Shown: positions 37,284-46,716 of the stretch, piece after piece
How positions within the stretch are numbered: position 1 is the first letter of the stretch
Layout: every line of letters begins with the position of its first letter
Source: Chlamydiales bacterium
GTDB lineage: Bacteria > Chlamydiota > Chlamydiia > Chlamydiales > SM23-39
Assembly (NCBI GenBank): GCA_035480615.1
Contig: DATIHO010000064.1
Span: forward strand, 5,259-69,258
DNA length: 64,000 nucleotides
Reading direction: 5' to 3'
The notes under the pieces: generated by a model
What the model saw: only the letters and a program-made list of their open reading frames with translations
Databases searched by the model: none
Told to the model about the DNA's origin: nothing
Program-made: the position numbers and the translations under genes

Positions 37284-38585
37284 ATGAAACATTGGCATCC
37301 TGCGAAAGTTTTGGTTCTTGGATATTTGTTTTATTCAATCATTGGATGTCTGCTCTTATCTCTTCCTTTTTGCCATAAACAGGAAACAACTTTGCTGGAT
37401 GATTATTTTGTGGCCATCTCCGCTGCATCCACTACCGGTCTTGCGCCAATTGATATTGGATCTACATATAATCTCTTGGGTCAAATAATTATCGTTATAC
37501 TCATCCAGCTTGGTGGGATTGGCTATATGACATTTAGTTCTTGTGTCCTCCTTTTCACAACCGGGACTCTTTCTCATTACAGAAAAAAAATAGGATCACA
37601 TGTTTTACCATTCCCAAAAAATTTTTCCGTGAAAGAATTTATCTATTCAATAATCAGTTTCACTTTGATTTGCGAATTCATTGGAGCGATCAGTCTCAGC
37701 ATTGTTTTTTATATGAAGGGAGTGGATCAATTTGTTTGGTACGGGATTTTTCATGGTGTATCCGCATTCTGTACAGCGGGCTTAAGTTTATTCAGCGATG
37801 GTTTCGTCTCATTTCAAAACGATGTTTGGCTGAACCTGATCATTTGCTTTTTAGCTATTTTCGGAGGCTTGGGATTCATTATTGCATTGGATTGTTACAA
37901 AAACTGGACAGGACAAGAAAAGTCATTTTCTTTTACATCAAAAGTCATTCTTGCCGTCACCGCCTGTTTTTTGATTTTTGGAACTTTCATCTATTTTTTT
38001 TTGGAGCCGAACCCAAATGGATCCACTCATTCTATTTTTCAAAGAGCGATGATCGGTTTTTTTCAAATCATGTCTGCTTCCACAACTGTTGGGTATAATA
38101 CAGTGGATATCGGCATGTTGAAAACTCCTGTTTTGATGGTATTGATTTTTTGCTCTACCTTTGGCAGCGCTCCTTCAGGAACTGGAGGAGGATTGAAAAA
38201 CACTGCTTTTGCAACATTGCTTGCGCTAGTGAAAAATACAGTTCAAGACAAGCCGATTACACTTTGGAACCATGAGATTCACTTGAAACGGATCAAGATT
38301 GCAACGGTTGCATTTATCTTTTATTCATTTTGTATTTTCCTATCGATGTTTTTATTGAGCTGTTCAGAAAAAGCGGGTTTTCTTGCAATTTTCTTTGAAG
38401 CGGCCAATGCTTTGAATAATTCGGGGTTGAGTATGGGGTTAACGTCGAATTTGACGGTGGTCGGCAAAATATTTCTTTCCCTTTTAATGCTGATTGGGAG
38501 AGCCGGGGTATTGACTTTTGGATTCGCAATTTCATCGCAACGGGAAGACACCGTCTATGCAAAAAAGGCAGAGTTGATTCTATAG
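37284..38585 (+). CDS. TrkH/KtrB-family cation (K+) transporter
   Basis: Repeated membrane-pore-membrane units with TTGL, TAGLS, TTVGY and NSGLS selectivity-like loops. Confidence 0.8.
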   Translation: MKHWHPAKVLVLGYLFYSIIGCLLLSLPFCHKQETTLLDDYFVAISAASTTGLAPIDIGSTYNLLGQIIIVILIQLGGIGYMTFSSCVLLFTTGTLSHYRKKIGSHVLPFPKNFSVKEFIYSIISFTLICEFIGAISLSIVFYMKGVDQFVWYGIFHGVSAFCTAGLSLFSDGFVSFQNDVWLNLIICFLAIFGGLGFIIALDCYKNWTGQEKSFSFTSKVILAVTACFLIFGTFIYFFLEPNPNGSTHSIFQRAMIGFFQIMSASTTVGYNTVDIGMLKTPVLMVLIFCSTFGSAPSGTGGGLKNTAFATLLALVKNTVQDKPITLWNHEIHLKRIKIATVAFIFYSFCIFLSMFLLSCSEKAGFLAIFFEAANALNNSGLSMGLTSNLTVVGKIFLSLLMLIGRAGVLTFGFAISSQREDTVYAKKAELIL

Positions 38586-38588
38586 ATC

Positions 38589-38632
38589 CTATACCAAAAG
38601 GCCAACTTTTGAATCACTTTGGGTATATACCG
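38589..38632. repeat. Family C terminus (reverse orientation) joined to the start of a family A terminus
   Basis: CTATACCAAAAGGCCAACTTTTGAATCACTTTGGGTATATACCG. Confidence 0.75.
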
Positions 38633-38643
38633 CAAGAGGCCTT

Positions 38644-38973
38644 ATGAATTATTTTTTCCTCGGATATGTCTTCATCGCGTTGCACGTTTTGAACGCCCCT
38701 TTACATGCTATGGTGCGTGCAGGGGTAGAGGTTGATCATGACGAAGACGATGATTATTATGAATATGATTATTGGCAAGGACCCGGTTTTTATTATGGAA
38801 TTTGGTTTGATAATGAATGGGACTATGACGGGTGGCACGAAGGGCATGGGCATCACCATGGCAGGGAAGGCCATCATGAACATGGAGGTGGCGGGCATCA
38901 TGAACATGGAGGTGGCGGACATCATGAACATGGAGGCGGCGGACATCATAGAGGTGGAGGAGGTCATCATTAG
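38644..38973 (+). CDS. Secreted acidic/aromatic plus His-Gly repeat protein (putative metal binding)
   Basis: Signal peptide MNYFFLGYVFIALHVLNAPLHA, a DHDEDDDYYEYDYW region, then (HHEHGGGG)x3 and HHRGGGGHH. Confidence 0.65.
   Translation: MNYFFLGYVFIALHVLNAPLHAMVRAGVEVDHDEDDDYYEYDYWQGPGFYYGIWFDNEWDYDGWHEGHGHHHGREGHHEHGGGGHHEHGGGGHHEHGGGGHHRGGGGHH
38872..38943 (+). repeat. Three tandem 24-bp coding repeats (CATCATGAACATGGAGGTGGCGGR)
   Basis: Units at 38872-38895, 38896-38919 and 38920-38943 differ at 1-2 positions. Confidence 0.9.
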
Positions 38974-39025
38974 AGGGTTGGCAACTGCTGTATAAAAGAT
39001 GGCTCTTCTACAAAGAAGATACGAA

Positions 39026-39886
39026 TTACTCAATAGACCCATATAGAGCTACTTTTTCTTGGCTTTTTTGGTCTTTCCAGTAGATGTCATACCTATCTCC
39101 AAATGAAAAATGCCACCATTCGTAAACATAATTTGTAAGTCCAGCCCTTTCAGCTGCTATCAGGCAATAAAGCCTATTGTTTTTCTGGGTATCCGTAATC
39201 CCTGCTGAGAATGTTGGGGCTAGCTGAGAATCTCCCCATATCACCCCAAAAGGACCCAAATCAAGAAAACGATTATTTCTGTTATTCCATAACCGTATAT
39301 CTACTGCTGCTCCTGTTGAATGAACTGGAGTGTTGTTTTTTACGGGAGAAACCCATTTTGCTGTTTCTCTTTCCGCCATTTCAAGACTCATATCGGGATT
39401 TAAAAGAAGAACTTCCTCCAACTTCTTTTCAAAAAGCATTTTTTGGACATTCAAATCTCTTAGTCCCTCAAACACTAAAATATCCACTTGTCCGGGCTCA
39501 TATCCAAAATCAACCGCAATTTCATCTAATTCATCAATCATCTTTTGTAGCTTAAGAAAAACTGATGCTCTCATTTTCGATGCATTAGGCAATCCTGAAT
39601 TGAATGTAGGTCCCTCAAATGGCTTGTTGGGCTGAGACATCATGGAGATTCTCTCCATGCTCAGTAGTCTAAGATCAACCAACTCTTCATGATTCTCTAA
39701 AATAGGTATTTCTTTAATTCTTGGATCAACAATCGCAGGTGCATTGGCTTTGCTAAAAGCGTCGTATTGTTTTGATATAATGCTATTGTCTGCTATTCGC
39801 ACTTGATGATTTTCTAAAACCTCATTCCAATTCATTGCAAAAACACTTGCTTGCAAGCTAACTAGGCACACCAATCCTCTTATCAT
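39026..39886 (-). CDS. D-alanyl-D-alanine dipeptidase (VanX/DdpX, M15D), exported
   Basis: Zn-ligand motifs PVHSTGAAVD (SxHxxGxAxD) and YEWWHFSFG (ExxH). N-terminal signal peptide. Confidence 0.8.
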   Translation of the reverse strand: MIRGLVCLVSLQASVFAMNWNEVLENHQVRIADNSIISKQYDAFSKANAPAIVDPRIKEIPILENHEELVDLRLLSMERISMMSQPNKPFEGPTFNSGLPNASKMRASVFLKLQKMIDELDEIAVDFGYEPGQVDILVFEGLRDLNVQKMLFEKKLEEVLLLNPDMSLEMAERETAKWVSPVKNNTPVHSTGAAVDIRLWNNRNNRFLDLGPFGVIWGDSQLAPTFSAGITDTQKNNRLYCLIAAERAGLTNYVYEWWHFSFGDRYDIYWKDQKSQEKVALYGSIE

Positions 39887-39930
39887 TTTCCTTCACCCTC
39901 TTGTTGATTGATATATTCAAACCCAGCGAA

Positions 39931-39983
39931 CAACTTTTGAATCACTTCGGGTATATACAGAAACAACCTGCAGAATCGGTATA
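39931..39983. repeat. Family C terminus (reverse) abutting a solo family A terminal repeat
   Basis: CAACTTTTGAATCACTTCGGGTATA / TATACAGAAACAACCTGCAGAATCGGTATA. Confidence 0.75.
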
Positions 39984-40056
39984 ATATACGCAAAATGCAT
40001 ATATTTATCCCTTCATGGAAGGGAGCATAAAAAAAATTGCAAGGGAATTCAGGTTC

Positions 40057-40659
40057 TTAATCTGAACTAATCGCCCAGAAAAAAAGAAATACTACTCCAA
40101 TTTTTGCCCCAATCACCAAGATGATTCGATGGAAATGACGTTCGACAAATTGTTTCATTTGTTCTCCCCAAAGAGCCATGGCACCGCCAATTACAAAAAA
40201 ACGGATGAGACGCGCCCCAAAAAGGCACAAAGAGAATGGGAGGATGCGGAGATGAAACACACCGGATCCCAAACTTAAAGCCTTGAGAGGAAAGGGGAGA
40301 AGGGACCCAAAAAACACCGCCCAATTTTCATAAAATTGTAGCTGCTTTGACACCCGTTCGAAAGAGGTGGTTGAGATCAGATGAGGCACGATGTAGGAAC
40401 CAATTAAATCCCAAAGAAAGTACCCGAGCAGATATCCTATGATACCGCTGGCAAGAGAAGCGGTAGTGGCAATGATGATGTAAAGAAAAATATTAGATTT
40501 CTTTTGTAGGCAGAAGAACATCAAAATTGCATCTAGAGGAATCAGTAAAATTAATTCCAAAAAAAACAAAAGACCGATCCAAAAGGGGGCTTTAGGCGAT
40601 ATGGCTTTCTGGGTTGCCCAGAAATAGAGTCGGGAGGAACGGTTTGTATTCATAACCAA
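40057..40659 (-). CDS. DedA/YqaA-family membrane protein
   Basis: 200 aa with 5-6 TM segments and the pattern LIPLDAILMFF...GYLLGYFLW. Confidence 0.6.
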   Translation of the reverse strand: MVMNTNRSSRLYFWATQKAISPKAPFWIGLLFFLELILLIPLDAILMFFCLQKKSNIFLYIIIATTASLASGIIGYLLGYFLWDLIGSYIVPHLISTTSFERVSKQLQFYENWAVFFGSLLPFPLKALSLGSGVFHLRILPFSLCLFGARLIRFFVIGGAMALWGEQMKQFVERHFHRIILVIGAKIGVVFLFFWAISSD

Positions 40660-40713
40660 ATCATACTGGATTTGGCATTAATTGATATATAGATAAGGCA
40701 TTAGTAATACATT

Positions 40714-41274
40714 CTAATAGCCATGGGAAGTTCCGCAGCCGCAGCTTGATTTAACATGTGGATTAGATATTTTAAATCCGGCTCCATGAAGGCCATCTAC
40801 ATAATCGATCACGGAGCCCATGAGCCGCTCTGCTGATTTATGATGAATATGAATCTGAATCCCATTCGATTCTAGAATCATATCACCCACTTTTGGCATT
40901 TCAGAAAATTCAAGAAAAAATTCGAATCCGCTGCAGCCGGCCGCCTTTTCTCCAAAGCGCATCCCCCATCCTGTTTTTTTCTCTTCTGCTAGAATTTGCT
41001 GGTATTTTTTCGCAGCTCGATCTGTGATCGTAATGGTAGAAAGGTCTGCTTCCTCAGCCAAAATTGCATTGAGATGTTGAAGAAGTTTTTCGATCTCTTC
41101 ATCGGACATCCCATGGCCGTACATCCCCGTCTCAACCGTTTCCCAGGTAGCAGCAGAGCAGCCAACACAATGAAGGCCCGCATTGGTCATTTCCTGGGCA
41201 AGTTTTTGACTTTTATGAGGAAAGCGTTTAAAAATTTCCTCGATGGTCATTTCTCGTGTAATTGTCTCAGCCAT
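40714..41274 (-). CDS. Fe-S assembly protein: DUF1858-like redox-disulfide domain fused to a HesB/IscA domain
   Basis: N-terminal part TIEEIFKRFPHKSQKLAQEMTNAGLHCVGC. C-terminal IscA pattern with C-x..-CGCG (SSCGCGTSHGY). Confidence 0.7.
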   Translation of the reverse strand: MAETITREMTIEEIFKRFPHKSQKLAQEMTNAGLHCVGCSAATWETVETGMYGHGMSDEEIEKLLQHLNAILAEEADLSTITITDRAAKKYQQILAEEKKTGWGMRFGEKAAGCSGFEFFLEFSEMPKVGDMILESNGIQIHIHHKSAERLMGSVIDYVDGLHGAGFKISNPHVKSSCGCGTSHGY

Positions 41275-41284
41275 TATTCAGCCT

Positions 41285-41548
41285 TTAAAATTTTATTTTC
41301 ACAAATCCAGATTTAATTTTGCATTGACAAGCTAGCCTCTCTCCATCGAGGTCTCCGAGGAAATCGGCCTCGGCCTGATTAAATTCGGAAAGGTTTTGCA
41401 TTCCTTCAGTCACTTGAATGACGCAAGTGCCGCAGATCCCATCCGTACAGGCAAAGGGAACCCCAGCAGTTTCACAAGCCTCCATAATCGATTCCCCATC
41501 TGGGAGATCTGCTTCTTCCTGCGCATCTTCAAAAATAATTCTTGCCAT
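41285..41548 (-). CDS. 2Fe-2S ferredoxin
   Basis: CTDGICGTC (C-x4-C-x2-C) plus a distal LACQC. Confidence 0.8.
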   Translation of the reverse strand: MARIIFEDAQEEADLPDGESIMEACETAGVPFACTDGICGTCVIQVTEGMQNLSEFNQAEADFLGDLDGERLACQCKIKSGFVKIKF

Positions 41549-41748
41549 AGATCTTTCTTCGTTTTCCTGAAATGTTACTTTTTTGTCTTAAAAAGGGCAA
41601 GAGTTTTCGAATGTATTGATGATTCTTAGTAAATATTTAAGTCATTCAAACTATTTTATTTGCCGAATTTTATGATTGATTACATAATGTATAAGAATGT
41701 ATAATTGTTAATGAATTTAATAACAAAACATAATTGGAGATAATAATT

Positions 41749-43749
41749 ATGACATCATCAATTAATCAGAATGTTACAAAACCATCTGAACCTGTTGTCG
41801 TCTCAAACACGCGCATGGTTGTTTCTACCCTCGCCGGCGCTAGCATAGGCACTCTTTTTTCAGGATGCTTAGCGCATTCGCAAGAAATTTCTGCATCTTT
41901 TAAAACAATGACCTCCTGGGTAGTTGACGCTTTGCCTCGGGTTTCTAACACATTAAAAGATTTTGCTTCACCAGCCGTTCAATTAGCGACTTCCGCAATC
42001 TTCAGCAATGTAGGAGGACCCTTGATTGTTGCCGGTATTGTCTTGGGTGCGCTTTATGGAGAAGTCACTGCCCCTGCCAATTTAACCCAAGTAAAAAAAT
42101 TATTGAACATTCCCACATCAGATCTCACAATGAACCAGATAAAACAGATCGCGGATATCAAACGCAATTGGGGCGTCTTCACACCATCGACATCTGCTGC
42201 TGAAGAAAAGTCTGATGCAGTTCGGATAAAAAATTTAAATAACATACTAAAGAAAACAGAGGCGTCTCTTTCTTCTAACGCGCGAGCGATTTCGGAAGCG
42301 CGCGCAAATGAGGATCGGTTTTTCCATTTTGAAGGCGCCAGGCTTGCAAATCAGAGCGGATGGCAAGAGAAACTGTCTGGGTGGTCGACCCAACAATGTA
42401 TCGAGACTTTAAGTGCTCTCAAATCTGCGATTGATTCTGAGGTGAACGCCACAGATAAATACACATATCAACAAGGCAATTCTCAAACATCAGTGAGCCG
42501 CCGCTCTTATATACTTAATGAAATCCTCCGCTTTGCCTATCAAGAGAAAATTGCAGGCGCTTATTTGAGTTCTGCCATACTCGAGCGAGCTCGGACCGAG
42601 GATGTAAAAGAGGCGGATGAGGGTTTCAGCCAAACGGTGCAGAGGGGGATAGCCGAAGGGATTTTGAATCCTGGGCCAGATGGAAATTTGTACGATGGGA
42701 TGGTTGAGGCAGCATGTGTCGCATCGCTTAGCTCTCGAGAAAAAAATCCTGATTCCAGCATCTCTTCTTTCTTTAATTTGATGAAAAATGCCGGTCTGGT
42801 TGATGACACATTGTTTGCCCGGTTTGTCGCAGACGTAAGAAAAAATTTGATTGATTCAGGAGCGAAAATCGTGGATCCAGTGACGCCGAAGAAGCCGTCT
42901 TTGATCGATAAAATCGGGAACCTGTTTTCACGCTCCAGCATTCGACAAGGGGGCAATGAGTTGCCGGGGCTGCACAATGCAACGCCTGCTTTAGGCAACA
43001 ATTCTGAAACAGCGAAAGAGCGAGCAGATGCGGATGTCAATGTTTTTGCAACAAAATTAGCGAGCCTTGAATTTATGCAAACTGAGTTGATTTCCCATTA
43101 TGAGAAATTGATTCAACTCTTAAACGAAAAGCATCAATCGCTCAGTACCGTATTGCGGATGGGCAAAGGAAGATTGAGAGCTTCTATTTGGGCAGTATTC
43201 AAGGATGATCTCAAGCCTTTAGAACATTTTGAAGACAAGGATCCGGAAATCAAGGAAATTCGTGAAGAGATCGCAGGCCTTGAAAATCAGTTAGATCGGA
43301 TCTCTATCTCTAATGATCGTCCTTCGAATTTCAAATTGGCTTCAGAGCAACAAAGAAAAGCAGCTGAGCAGATAGAAAAGCAATTTCAGAATGTGAGGGA
43401 GAAAATTGTTCATTTGAGTGCACAAGCAGCTTCGATCGATCAGTCCATTCAACGTGATGTGGCCGTCTTTCAAAAAGGAGCCAGCAAATTGACTCGAGAC
43501 CGTTTCCCGGCAACGGAAAAAACGCTGATCGAACCAAATGTGCCAAAGCAGCCAAGCTTTTTTGAAAACCTTTTCAAAAAATCGGCTCAAACTGCGGTCG
43601 ACAACCAAGGTTTGATAGAGAGCGGTATCGCTTCCGATCCTGTAGCAAATTCTGAGGATGATGCAATTCGCAGTTTAGTGGAAGCAGGGCAAGACGAGGA
43701 AGCGTTAATTGCACCGGTCGTGATTCAGCCAAAACATTGGTTTTGGTAA
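41749..43749 (+). CDS. Large hypothetical protein: two N-terminal hydrophobic segments plus coiled coils. Candidate T3S substrate.
   Basis: GGAG RBS 9 nt before the ATG at 41749. AT-rich promoter region with TTGATT-N18-TATAAT (41676-41705). No enzymatic motif. Confidence 0.65.
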   Translation: MTSSINQNVTKPSEPVVVSNTRMVVSTLAGASIGTLFSGCLAHSQEISASFKTMTSWVVDALPRVSNTLKDFASPAVQLATSAIFSNVGGPLIVAGIVLGALYGEVTAPANLTQVKKLLNIPTSDLTMNQIKQIADIKRNWGVFTPSTSAAEEKSDAVRIKNLNNILKKTEASLSSNARAISEARANEDRFFHFEGARLANQSGWQEKLSGWSTQQCIETLSALKSAIDSEVNATDKYTYQQGNSQTSVSRRSYILNEILRFAYQEKIAGAYLSSAILERARTEDVKEADEGFSQTVQRGIAEGILNPGPDGNLYDGMVEAACVASLSSREKNPDSSISSFFNLMKNAGLVDDTLFARFVADVRKNLIDSGAKIVDPVTPKKPSLIDKIGNLFSRSSIRQGGNELPGLHNATPALGNNSETAKERADADVNVFATKLASLEFMQTELISHYEKLIQLLNEKHQSLSTVLRMGKGRLRASIWAVFKDDLKPLEHFEDKDPEIKEIREEIAGLENQLDRISISNDRPSNFKLASEQQRKAAEQIEKQFQNVREKIVHLSAQAASIDQSIQRDVAVFQKGASKLTRDRFPATEKTLIEPNVPKQPSFFENLFKKSAQTAVDNQGLIESGIASDPVANSEDDAIRSLVEAGQDEEALIAPVVIQPKHWFW

Positions 43750-43759
43750 AAATCACTAG

Positions 43760-44377
43760 TTAAAAAAGATAGGAAAGGCTTACGAGGACGTCGCGAAGCG
43801 CCTCAAGGGGTTTTTGATCCGCGTTAAAGCGGGATAAAACCTCTTGAGGATAATGTTTTAACAGTTTGAGAGTATCCTGTTCATAAATCTCCATCCGTGT
43901 CTCAAGTACATGGGGATCCATATCATCTGTCCGTTTTTCAATCATTGCCCTTCTTTGAATTCGCTTAATGAGTTTTTGAATATCTTCGATTTCCAGGACA
44001 ATGATCCTTTCGATTTGAATGTATCTCTCTAAGAGTACGGCTTGTCGAATGGTCCGGGGAATCCCGTCGAGAAGAAGCAGTTGCTGGGAAGGGAAGTAGC
44101 GATTTGTGGCAATCAGTCCATGGACAAAATGATGCCAGATTTGGATGGTTACTTCATCGGGGAGCAGCAGCCCTTTTCCGGCGTAATTATGATAGAGTTT
44201 GCCTGCGGGCGATTCCGGGGATAGCCCCCGGAAGATATCTCCTGATGAAAGATGGAAATGATTGCCTGCGCTGCTTAAGAATTTGCCTAACGTCCCTTTG
44301 CCTGATCCTGGTGGGCCAAAGATCAGAATAGAGCGGAACCGTTCATTGAATTGCGGGATAATTTCTTCCGAATGCAT
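43760..44377 (-). CDS. Adenylate/nucleoside-monophosphate kinase family protein
   Basis: P-loop ILIFGPPGSGKGT and an LSSGDIFR NMP-binding segment. Confidence 0.7.
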   Translation of the reverse strand: MHSEEIIPQFNERFRSILIFGPPGSGKGTLGKFLSSAGNHFHLSSGDIFRGLSPESPAGKLYHNYAGKGLLLPDEVTIQIWHHFVHGLIATNRYFPSQQLLLLDGIPRTIRQAVLLERYIQIERIIVLEIEDIQKLIKRIQRRAMIEKRTDDMDPHVLETRMEIYEQDTLKLLKHYPQEVLSRFNADQKPLEALRDVLVSLSYLF

Positions 44378-44484
44378 GACATATCAGGATATTCAAAAGA
44401 CGGAAAATCGGGCAAGGAAAATATTTGTAAATATTTTTATTTAGTATCCTTATTATCAACGATTTGATATTATATAATATAATT

Positions 44485-45576
44485 ATGAGCGGCATTGATT
44501 TTATTACAAATTATTCAGGTTCTTTGTTGTATGAGTTGCAAAACAATGGGACAGTTTTAGTTTTAAAAGATGCATTATTTAATCCAGCGACTCAAGTGTA
44601 TCATGATATCAAACTGGTTCGTCGGGGATATCGCTGTTTTGGCATTCCTTTGGGAGGGGGGGGGAAGTTTACGGGTATTACTGAAGAGGTGGCTCGCCAG
44701 ATTCAAAAAACGTATGGGATTGTCTTAAAAACGCTTGATGTGAAGCCGGGTGAAGCCCGCTTGTTTAGCACTCCCCAAAAAACGACCTATTATACAACGG
44801 GATTCAACCGATTTTGGGGCCAAGAGAGCTATCCTTTTGGCCAAAAGGAACACGATGTGTTGCTTTCAAAAAACGATGCCGCTTTTTTTGGTTCAAATCA
44901 GATGACGGTTCACGATGCGATCGCAACCGGTATTTTGCGGCTCGTTGGCAATGACGGGGCCTCCATCAACGCAGCCGCTCCTTCCGCGGATAACCGGGAG
45001 GAAGAGCCAAAAGAGGATGAAAAATTGAAAAAACCCCTTACGCAGTTGCCTCGTATTCCTGTGTATTCAGCTGGATCAACTCCCTATGAAGCCGGATATG
45101 ATTCCTCCTCTTTTGAGGAGAGGAAAAAAAGGATGGTTGCACATCTGGATCGCTCCGGTCCAATCCCCTTTAGCGTGTTTTTGAATCAAAATCGGGACAT
45201 ACGGATTGAAGATGCCCTCTTGCAAAGAATGCGAAGAGCCTTGGAAAGATTAGCTGAAAATCCAAAAGTAAATGATAGCGATGCGAAATATATGAAAAAA
45301 TTGCTCAAACATTGGTTCAGGGCCGCCTATCACTATCTCGATAAAAACTCAAAACCCGGGGATGGATATCCGCAGATATTCAACGAAGTGAATAAAAAGA
45401 TCAAAACGGAAAAAAAAGCGATGCGGAAGGCAAAAGAGCTCTATTGGCGCCGTCATGCGACCCTTTTTTGGATCACGTTGATCGATCTTTTTGCCTTGAA
45501 AAAGATCGGACTCGAGCCCCTTTTGCAGGAAATTTCTAAAAGCACTTCCTTAAACCCTTGGAAATTAATTAGTTAA
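44485..45576 (+). CDS. Hypothetical protein. Its last ~32 codons are homologous to the spacer module of the downstream paralog array.
   Basis: The ATG at 44485 follows an AT-rich region. The C-terminal coding sequence 45480-45576 aligns with the non-coding 46714-46810. Confidence 0.6.
   Translation: MSGIDFITNYSGSLLYELQNNGTVLVLKDALFNPATQVYHDIKLVRRGYRCFGIPLGGGGKFTGITEEVARQIQKTYGIVLKTLDVKPGEARLFSTPQKTTYYTTGFNRFWGQESYPFGQKEHDVLLSKNDAAFFGSNQMTVHDAIATGILRLVGNDGASINAAAPSADNREEEPKEDEKLKKPLTQLPRIPVYSAGSTPYEAGYDSSSFEERKKRMVAHLDRSGPIPFSVFLNQNRDIRIEDALLQRMRRALERLAENPKVNDSDAKYMKKLLKHWFRAAYHYLDKNSKPGDGYPQIFNEVNKKIKTEKKAMRKAKELYWRRHATLFWITLIDLFALKKIGLEPLLQEISKSTSLNPWKLIS
45483..45508. other. 10-bp perfect hairpin CGATCTTTTT-GCCTTG-AAAAAGATCG (start of the repeated spacer module)
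   Basis: The same hairpin recurs at 46717-46743. A truncated copy starts at 48217. Confidence 0.6.
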
Positions 45577-45644
45577 TAGATCATCTCTTCTATCCCATTA
45601 AATTAAAAATTTTACTTCTATTTTAGACGTAAATTACATAATTA

Positions 45645-45653
45645 TGTTATAAT
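45645..45653 (+). promoter_or_regulatory. Conserved extended -10 box TGTTATAAT upstream of paralog 1
   Basis: An identical 12-mer, TTATGTTATAAT, lies upstream of paralogs 1 and 3. TGTTATAAT lies upstream of paralog 2. The box is 24 nt before the ATG. Confidence 0.4.
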
Positions 45654-45677
45654 ATATATATTAGTATAGGAAAAGTC

Positions 45678-46715
45678 ATGTCCAGTGTATCTAAAGTTTC
45701 AGGACTGAATTTAAATAGATTCGATTCTGTATTCATTACTAATGTATGGAATATCGCGGATTGCGTGAGTTCCGCAGTTCGCCGAGTCTTCCAAATGATC
45801 CCAAGCCAAGCCCGTGGGCTTGTGCCACTCGTCTCGGGCGTTGGTGTAGCATTCATGGATGTCGTGAGTAGCTATATCGATCTCAGCGATTCGTTGAAAA
45901 GCTGGAGTTCGTCTGTAAAAATCGGCGATGGAGAAGGCGAGAGGCGTGCTGGAGCGCAATGTGCAAAAAGTGCATCATTTCTCTCTGCATCTATCGGTTT
46001 TTCTGCTCAAAATATAGCTCAACTTGCCCCTCATGTTGCTCCTCAGGCGGCGGCCATAGCCACTGGAGCGACTTTGGGATATGTTGTGTATTCTTTGTAT
46101 GGAGTGGCAACTTTAGTGGGGATTGGATTAGGGGCATTGGGTATCCATCGGAATAGGACATTTCGTTCGAACCTCAATGTAGGCGATCAGGCAGGGAATG
46201 CGGATCAAACGATGGTGGAGACGCTACAGTTTTTGCGAGATAAGATTTTATCAACTGCAGACGAAAGCAACGGTCTACGCGTAGGTTGCCACGCCTATGA
46301 TGTACCCAAAAGGATTGGCAAGCTGGAGAAAAAGAAATTTGAATACGTGAAACGCCGCACTTCTGAAGCTGTAGCGAACCAGCTAAAGCAGGCAGCAAGA
46401 GTAGGTGCAGGTGCCAATAGCAGTCAGATAGATGATTGGATAGGCGCGCTAAACACTCTCGATGCCCCTGATCCCGATGCCCCTCTTGACCTAGCAAAAG
46501 AGCGGGCGAGAGAGGGAGCTAGAAAGCTGATCAATGATGTAAAGCAAGCGAACCGGAACAATACGATGATGAAGGTACTGGGCCTTGTCGCTTCGATAGT
46601 CTTTTTCGTAGGGATCCTTCTGATCAGTTTGTCTACGGGTGGCGCTTTGCTTCCCTTGGCTTTGCTCGGAGTTGCAAGTGCGATTAATGCAGGCATACTG
46701 TGGCGCGGGTTATGA
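45678..46715 (+). CDS. Inc-like membrane protein, paralog 1 of 4
   Basis: Conserved blocks RRVFQ.IPSQA, IGDGEGERRAGA, FEYVKRRTSE and LINDVKQANR. Central and C-terminal bilobed hydrophobic domains (LGLVASIVFFVGILLISLSTGGALLPLALLGVASAI). Confidence 0.7.
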   Translation: MSSVSKVSGLNLNRFDSVFITNVWNIADCVSSAVRRVFQMIPSQARGLVPLVSGVGVAFMDVVSSYIDLSDSLKSWSSSVKIGDGEGERRAGAQCAKSASFLSASIGFSAQNIAQLAPHVAPQAAAIATGATLGYVVYSLYGVATLVGIGLGALGIHRNRTFRSNLNVGDQAGNADQTMVETLQFLRDKILSTADESNGLRVGCHAYDVPKRIGKLEKKKFEYVKRRTSEAVANQLKQAARVGAGANSSQIDDWIGALNTLDAPDPDAPLDLAKERAREGARKLINDVKQANRNNTMMKVLGLVASIVFFVGILLISLSTGGALLPLALLGVASAINAGILWRGL

Positions 46716-46716
46716 T

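Noticed and set aside
38872-38943. Regular 24-bp direct repeats here and at 47137-47208, considered as a possible CRISPR array
   Set aside because: The units are contiguous with no spacers, they are in frame within ORFs, and there are only three copies. They are coding tandem repeats.
38701-39042. Overlapping ORFs on both strands across the His-rich repeat region (38701-39042 on the minus strand, 38732-38995 on the plus strand)
   Set aside because: These are frame and strand shadows of a low-complexity GC-rich repeat. Only the frame with a signal peptide and a coherent HHEHGGGG repeat is plausible.
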